A stretch of 63,998 bases of DNA, counting the filler, from Dimargaris cristalligena (Eukaryota): assembly GCA_003614675.1 (NCBI GenBank). It is 9 parts of 9 records of this genome, joined end to end, with 100 filler letters (N's around TTAATTAATTAA, not from the genome) between each part and the next. Parts side by side here need not be neighbours in the genome. Positions count along the whole stretch, not along the records: positions 57,013 to 63,998 come from ML003463.1; 8 more parts are not named here. The stretch is one strand, 5' to 3'. Numbering within the stretch: position 1 is the stretch's first letter; every line of letters starts with the position of its first letter. Position numbers and translations under genes: made by a program. Shown here piece by piece: positions 58,930 through 63,998 of the stretch. The notes beneath the pieces are model-generated. The model was not told where the DNA came from. It saw nothing but the letters and a program-made list of their open reading frames with translations, and did no database searches.

Positions 58930-60852
58930 ATGGAGGAGAGCGAGTCCAGGCAGCGTGATAGGCCCCAGTGTCGGGTTTGGAAAGGCCAGGCAAGGTACGG
59001 TATGCGTCTCTATCGGCGTGGACCCTGGAATGACCTCTCCTTTCGCCAGCCTCCCCTTCTTCACCATTGTCACTCCACCCTTTATACTACCGAGCCATTG
59101 ATTCATTCCCGACCCTCTCGGTGGAAGACCGCTATTACCCGGCAGCAACCTTGCTCTTCCCGATTCCCAACCATGCAGACGCCCCGTTTACTCAAGTAAG
59201 TTGGAAGGCACTTCTATACTACATGGCCCAGGTACCCGCTGGTTTCGTACATTGGGGTACCCACATCGCCTAGGTATAACTCACTACCTGTCGGCTATTT
59301 GCTTTCGACCCATGACTGAGGGCTTGCCTTTACCGTTCCGAGCTTACCGCAGTTTTCTGGGCTAATTCCGTATGCTGACAACCCTCCTCCTCCTCCTCCT
59401 CCTCCATCGCAATGGCCCGGGCGTATCCAGGAGCCACAGCGAAGCCCTTTGGCTACCCCGGGACGGCCTGGCTTTTGTCTATACCGTTCGTGGCAACCTA
59501 TCCAGTACGCTAGGCTTTACCTACCGCGGCCATATTTACCTGAACCCCGAGGAAGCCCTTTTCGAAGCCGAGCGCGGTGCCCTTAGTCTCCGCCTCTACC
59601 CCGCCAACCGGGACTTCGAGCCACCCACCGCCCTGTCCGACCCCAACCCCCACCTGTACCGCCAGCTCCACCTCCCCGAATGCTACCAGTTTCTGCTCCA
59701 TCGCCGGGTGGCCAACTTTAGTATGCCGCTATTCCAAACCTACAGCTATCTGCGGCGGCTGGGCTATGTGGCCATTCGGTCGTGGGTCTATTCCCTTCAC
59801 CTTCGGCGGATGATATTGGCCCAGTCCTCCGCTGACGAAGCGTCTAGCTTGTCGTCGATGGATTCGGAGGGTCTCTCCCCCTCGCTCTCGCCCACGGTGG
59901 CCTCGAGCGGCGCCTTGTCGGACCACGATCTTGCCGACGAACCGCCTCTGGATGACAGGGCCCAGGTCTCTATCTATCGACCCATTATTGAACCCATACT
60001 GCGGGCAGTCTCGTGGCTAGGACTCTACACGAACTGGCGACATGCCCCACCGCTATTAAGTCGCCCTCTGATTCGAAGCAACGGTGAGTGGTTTTTCAAT
60101 CATTGATGTCCTTAATTCCTACTATATTTGCCGTTAGTATTTCACCCGGATACCCAAGTCCTAGCATACGATCCTGGGGCTGATTTCAACTACTATATAT
60201 ATATATATATATTTGCGTATATGTCTAATTCGCGTCCTCTCCTTCAATTTAATCACTCCCAATCCCTGAACCACAGCCGATATCTACCGGCGGCTGAACA
60301 TTGTGCCCTACTCCAGTCTCAAAACTCTACTACCTTTAGTTACAAGTCCGCGGCAGGTATCCCCCGAAACAGGCTCCCCATTTTTCTCTGAATTAGAACG
60401 ATTATCCCATGTCCATTTTTGTGTGTATAAGCCGTCCTCCTCTTTTAAGAAGAAACAACTCCAGGGCCCCGATTACCGGCTTTTTGTGCAAAGGTTAGTG
60501 AGATGATAATGGTGGATGAAGGATCCATACGACGTATCAGACTTGGTTTGCAATTATTCCCCCAATCTCCATCCCTCCTCACCCGATATATATTCAGCCG
60601 TAATTTGATATCTAGTTCTAACCACCCCTTCCCTGCCACAATCTGCCCGGTACATTACCCCACCATAGCCTGAATGACCAAGAGTCGACTCTGGCAGATT
60701 ACCAAAGAAAGTTTCAAGACGCCAATTTTCCAACCGCCATTTCCCTGGCCATTGTTGAGAATGGTGGCATTGTATTTTTAACCATCGGCGACAAACCGAT
60801 TGAACAGCTTCATCATGATCAGCCTGCCCTCCGTTCCCGGCTCCTCTCGTAG
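58930..60852 (+). CDS. SEN54: tRNA-splicing endonuclease subunit Sen54; exons 58930-59195 (tentative), 59431-60083, 60277-60493, 60669-60852
   Basis: RGNLSSTLG..IYLNPEEALFEAERGAL, FQTYSYLRRLGY, DIYRRLNIVP, FCVYKPSSSFKK..PDYRL, LAIVENGGIVFL. Splice phases are consistent. Confidence 0.88.
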
Positions 60853-61398
60853 CCTTTGGGAATCTGGGAGCTGGTACCCCTTTCCTTTTATTTACTTTAC
60901 CCGTGTATAATATGCGCTTTCGGATATATTAGGCTTCTTTTTTTTTTTCACTAGATGTATAAATTTAAAATGGCAAGTAATGGTCATTTAGGCGCTGGTT
61001 ATGGTGCAGTACCTATTTAATACGGAGCGAGGCGGAAAGCAAAGTGTTCTGATTGCCTGAACAAGGGGGAGAGGGTGTAGAATTAGTTGATTGGCGAAAT
61101 GATATCTTGGGCAGGTTTTATCTGATCCGGGCATTATTGGAGGGAGATATCAGAAGGAAGTGGATGTCTCTGGCATTTAAGAGCCCCCCCCCCAGGCACC
61201 ACCATGGTTGGGGTGGGAGCTCCGAAGCACTTAGAGCCAGGGAGAGAAGTGCGCCCACTGAGGCCTATGAATTGAACTTCCAAAGTACGTGGATTGAAAT
61301 CAGCCCAGCCGGATTCACCGAGTTATACCCCCTACTGGCCTCGCTCCCGAATTGTTATCCTTTTTGGTCACTGTTTATTTAGCCCTTTCGTTTCCCCC

Positions 61399-63066
61399 AT
61401 GCTGCCACGACCCTACCGGCCAGCCCGGTCAATCACGGGCCTCCTACGCCGACTAGGCGGCTCCCTCTACTCCCCCCCATTTGCTGCCACTGATTTCTCC
61501 TGCCTTCAGCAGGGAGTCCGTTCCACCCTTTTACCCCTTTTGGCTTCCGGAAGATCCTTTGCGTCCCGGCGTGAATTCAAGGAAGATGCCTGGCAGCCCA
61601 ATCCAGGGCCCAGTGCCATACCCCGCATGTCGTCGGTACTCCAAGAACGGGCCGCTTCGAGATCGAACACCACCGCCGATCCCCAGCAGTCCCCGGACAA
61701 TCCCAATGCCTCGCTGGGGGTGGTTTCCCAGGCCCTCATGGCTCTCTTACCGTCACTCCAGGCCGATGCCACCATTGATACCAAAGGCTACCGCCGGGTA
61801 ACGGCCCGGGATTTAGTTGCGGCCAAACAGCCCCCGGTCAACACGCAGATGCTGGTACGGGACTTCATCGACGACTGCCTGTACAACCCCCAGTACGGCT
61901 ATTTTTCCAAACACGCCACCATTTATTCCCCCGAACAATTGACCGATTTCACAGCGTTACAGGACTCGTTGCAGTTTATGAACCATGTAGCCACCAAGTA
62001 CCAGGACCTGGAGGGCCAGGCGGAACATCCCACCAACCGGTTGGCCCGGCAGGTATGGCATACCCCCACCGAGTTATTTAACCCCCATTTCGGACATGCG
62101 ATTGCCAAGTACATTGTCACGGAATATAAATTAAACCACTACCCCGAGGAGGACCTGATCATCTACGAAATGGGAGCGGGTAACGGAACCCTCATGACCA
62201 ACGTCATGGACTACCTACAGACCCACGAACCCCAGGTTTACGAGCGCACGCGGTACAATATCATTGAAATTAGTTCCCAATTGGCCGAAGTCCAGGCTAA
62301 CCAACAGTCCGTACGGTCGTCGGCCTCGGCGGTGCACCGGGGCGTCCAATTCGTCAATCGCTCTATTTTCGACTGGGATACGGAAGTCCCTCATCCGTGT
62401 TTTTTTATCGCCATGGAGGTGATTGACAATTTCGCCCACGACCTCATTCGCTACGACCCGCTTTCGGGCCGGGCCTACCAGGGCACCGTGCTAACGGACC
62501 GCAACGGTGACTTCCACGAGGCCTTTGAAGCGGTCGCGGACCCTTTAATTATCCGGTACCTCCGGCTCCGTCAACAAACGGGGTACCAATCACCCCTGTT
62601 CCACCGCCGGGCCCATTTCTGGCGGCAGCTCCGTAGCCATTTCCCGTTTCCCCCTAATCTAACGGAACCCGAATTCGTCCCCACCCGGCTGTTACAACTC
62701 ATGGATGTACTCCAACGCTATTTCCCCCGGCACCGGCTCGTGGTCTCCGACTTCTTCCACCTACCTGAAGCGGTTCCGGGTATTGATGGGCCCGTGGTCC
62801 AGACGCGCTACAAACAAACCATGGTGCCCTGCTCCACGTACATGGTCCAGCCGGGGTGGTTCGATATTTTCTTCCCGACCAATTTTGAATTGATGCGCGA
62901 TATGTATTCCCAGGTGTGCCGGCCGTATGCGCCCTACAGCCAAACTAAAGTGGTCGGACAGCGGGTTTTCCTGGAGCGGTACGCGGACCTCGAGGCGACC
63001 ACGACTCAATCGGGGGAAAATCCGATGCTCGATTACTATGAGAATAACAAATTCCTGCTGACGTAG
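61399..63066 (+). CDS. Mitochondrial SAM-dependent methyltransferase, NDUFAF7/MidA (DUF185) family
   Basis: Arg-rich targeting peptide from ATG 61399; MLVRDFIDDCLYNPQYGYFSK, WHTPTELF, IYEMGAGNGTL, IIEIS, AMEVIDNFAHD, DIFFPTNF. Confidence 0.92.
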   Translation: MLPRPYRPARSITGLLRRLGGSLYSPPFAATDFSCLQQGVRSTLLPLLASGRSFASRREFKEDAWQPNPGPSAIPRMSSVLQERAASRSNTTADPQQSPDNPNASLGVVSQALMALLPSLQADATIDTKGYRRVTARDLVAAKQPPVNTQMLVRDFIDDCLYNPQYGYFSKHATIYSPEQLTDFTALQDSLQFMNHVATKYQDLEGQAEHPTNRLARQVWHTPTELFNPHFGHAIAKYIVTEYKLNHYPEEDLIIYEMGAGNGTLMTNVMDYLQTHEPQVYERTRYNIIEISSQLAEVQANQQSVRSSASAVHRGVQFVNRSIFDWDTEVPHPCFFIAMEVIDNFAHDLIRYDPLSGRAYQGTVLTDRNGDFHEAFEAVADPLIIRYLRLRQQTGYQSPLFHRRAHFWRQLRSHFPFPPNLTEPEFVPTRLLQLMDVLQRYFPRHRLVVSDFFHLPEAVPGIDGPVVQTRYKQTMVPCSTYMVQPGWFDIFFPTNFELMRDMYSQVCRPYAPYSQTKVVGQRVFLERYADLEATTTQSGENPMLDYYENNKFLLT

Positions 63067-63927
63067 GGCTCGACACGCTTCCTCTTTATAGATATATATA
63101 TATATATATATATTAGGGGGGTGAGGTGGTCTCTGTAGACGTTGGATAATAGGGACAATAAATCACTTATCATCATAGGTCTTCAGTGCATATCTCCTAT
63201 ACCTCTAATTGGTTGAAGCTATGATTACGACCACCTTGATTGATTTTTATCACACTTGCGGTAAGGCAAGACGAAGAAGATAGTGAGTGTCTTGTTTGGC
63301 ACTCTCCGGAATGGCGTTTCTGGGCGAGTTGTCTATAGAGAGAGGGTTTATGAGTCACGGTGTTCTATTTTGGGAGAGACGCCAAGGGGAAGGGTAAATA
63401 ATATTAGTATTCATTTGATTCCTGCTGAATGAAATAAGGCCAACTGGCTTTTTTAGTTCCAAGCGCTTCGCCGGGTGACTATGGCCCACACCCTAGGGGA
63501 TTCGCAGCATAGTTTCCCCTGAGCAAGTAAAGGGGCCCGATGGCGTGCTCGAATGAATAAAATGATGAAGAAGTGGTTTAGCGTGAATGATAGGGATTGG
63601 ATTTACCCAGTAAGAGAAAAAACCTAGCCCTTTGATTAATAAGGCCACGCTGCTTTTGTGGGTATGGGCGGTGATAGAGTTTGTCATTAGACTTGGGCAG
63701 AGCCACGGCCGCCGTGGCACTCGCATAGCACCGTGGTGGACAGGAATATATATATCCGATATTTGACAAGCCCTTTTTCCGCGCCATGGATAGTATTTTT
63801 AGGGGCCAACTGGAAATTGGTGGCCCCAGGGGCGGGCTGCCTAGCATTCGATTTATTTATAACGAGGGTATATTATAAATGGCCAATGGAACGCAAAGTA
63901 CGTTATATATATATATATATATATATA

Positions 63928-63998
63928 TGGGAGAAGTTCATCCAAGCTGTACAACGAAAAATCCATTAGATTCGGCCAATATTACTAGTTAAAAATAT
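63928..63998 (+). mobile_element. ~138-bp MITE family, partial copy at contig end, inserted in (TA)n
   Basis: TGGGAGAAGTTCATCCAAGCTGTACAACGAAAAATCCATTAG after a long TA run. Confidence 0.85.

Overview
This window is not one locus. It is nine unrelated ~7.0-7.1 kb contigs, sorted by decreasing length and joined by artificial 100-nt linkers (44 N + TTAATTAATTAA + 44 N). Contigs: 1-7085, 7186-14264, 14365-21398, 21499-28521, 28622-35625, 35726-42724, 42825-49819, 49920-56912, 57013-63998. The DNA is fungal (GT-AG introns with CTAAC branch sites, Nst1, fungal-type AP-1 beta, Sen54, eukaryotic tRNAs). An early-diverging lineage such as Zoopagomycota is my inference, not proven. Conserved genes: rhomboid protease, Nst1 (partial), HIRIP3-like DEK-C protein, APL2 (one probable homopolymer frameshift), SEN54, NDUFAF7/MidA-like methyltransferase, tRNA-Ala(AGC, partial) and tRNA-Pro(AGG). 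Lineage-specific genes: an LRR-like protein, a 7-TM receptor-like protein and several signal-peptide proteins, including a 93-aa protein consisting of a signal peptide, a linker and one canonical C2H2 zinc finger. Mobile DNA: a full-length decayed DD34D mariner; a DIRS1-type retroelement 3' half with an intact tyrosine recombinase, a Dam-like N6-adenine methyltransferase frame missed by the ORF track, and a readable ICR/terminus; a ~138-bp MITE (9 copies, one nested); a TGTCA...TGACA LTR family (4 copies); and hAT-like termini. Most old repeats are almost free of CpG and show C>T/G>A changes, pointing to repeat-targeted hypermutation, while the DIRS copy largely keeps its CpGs.
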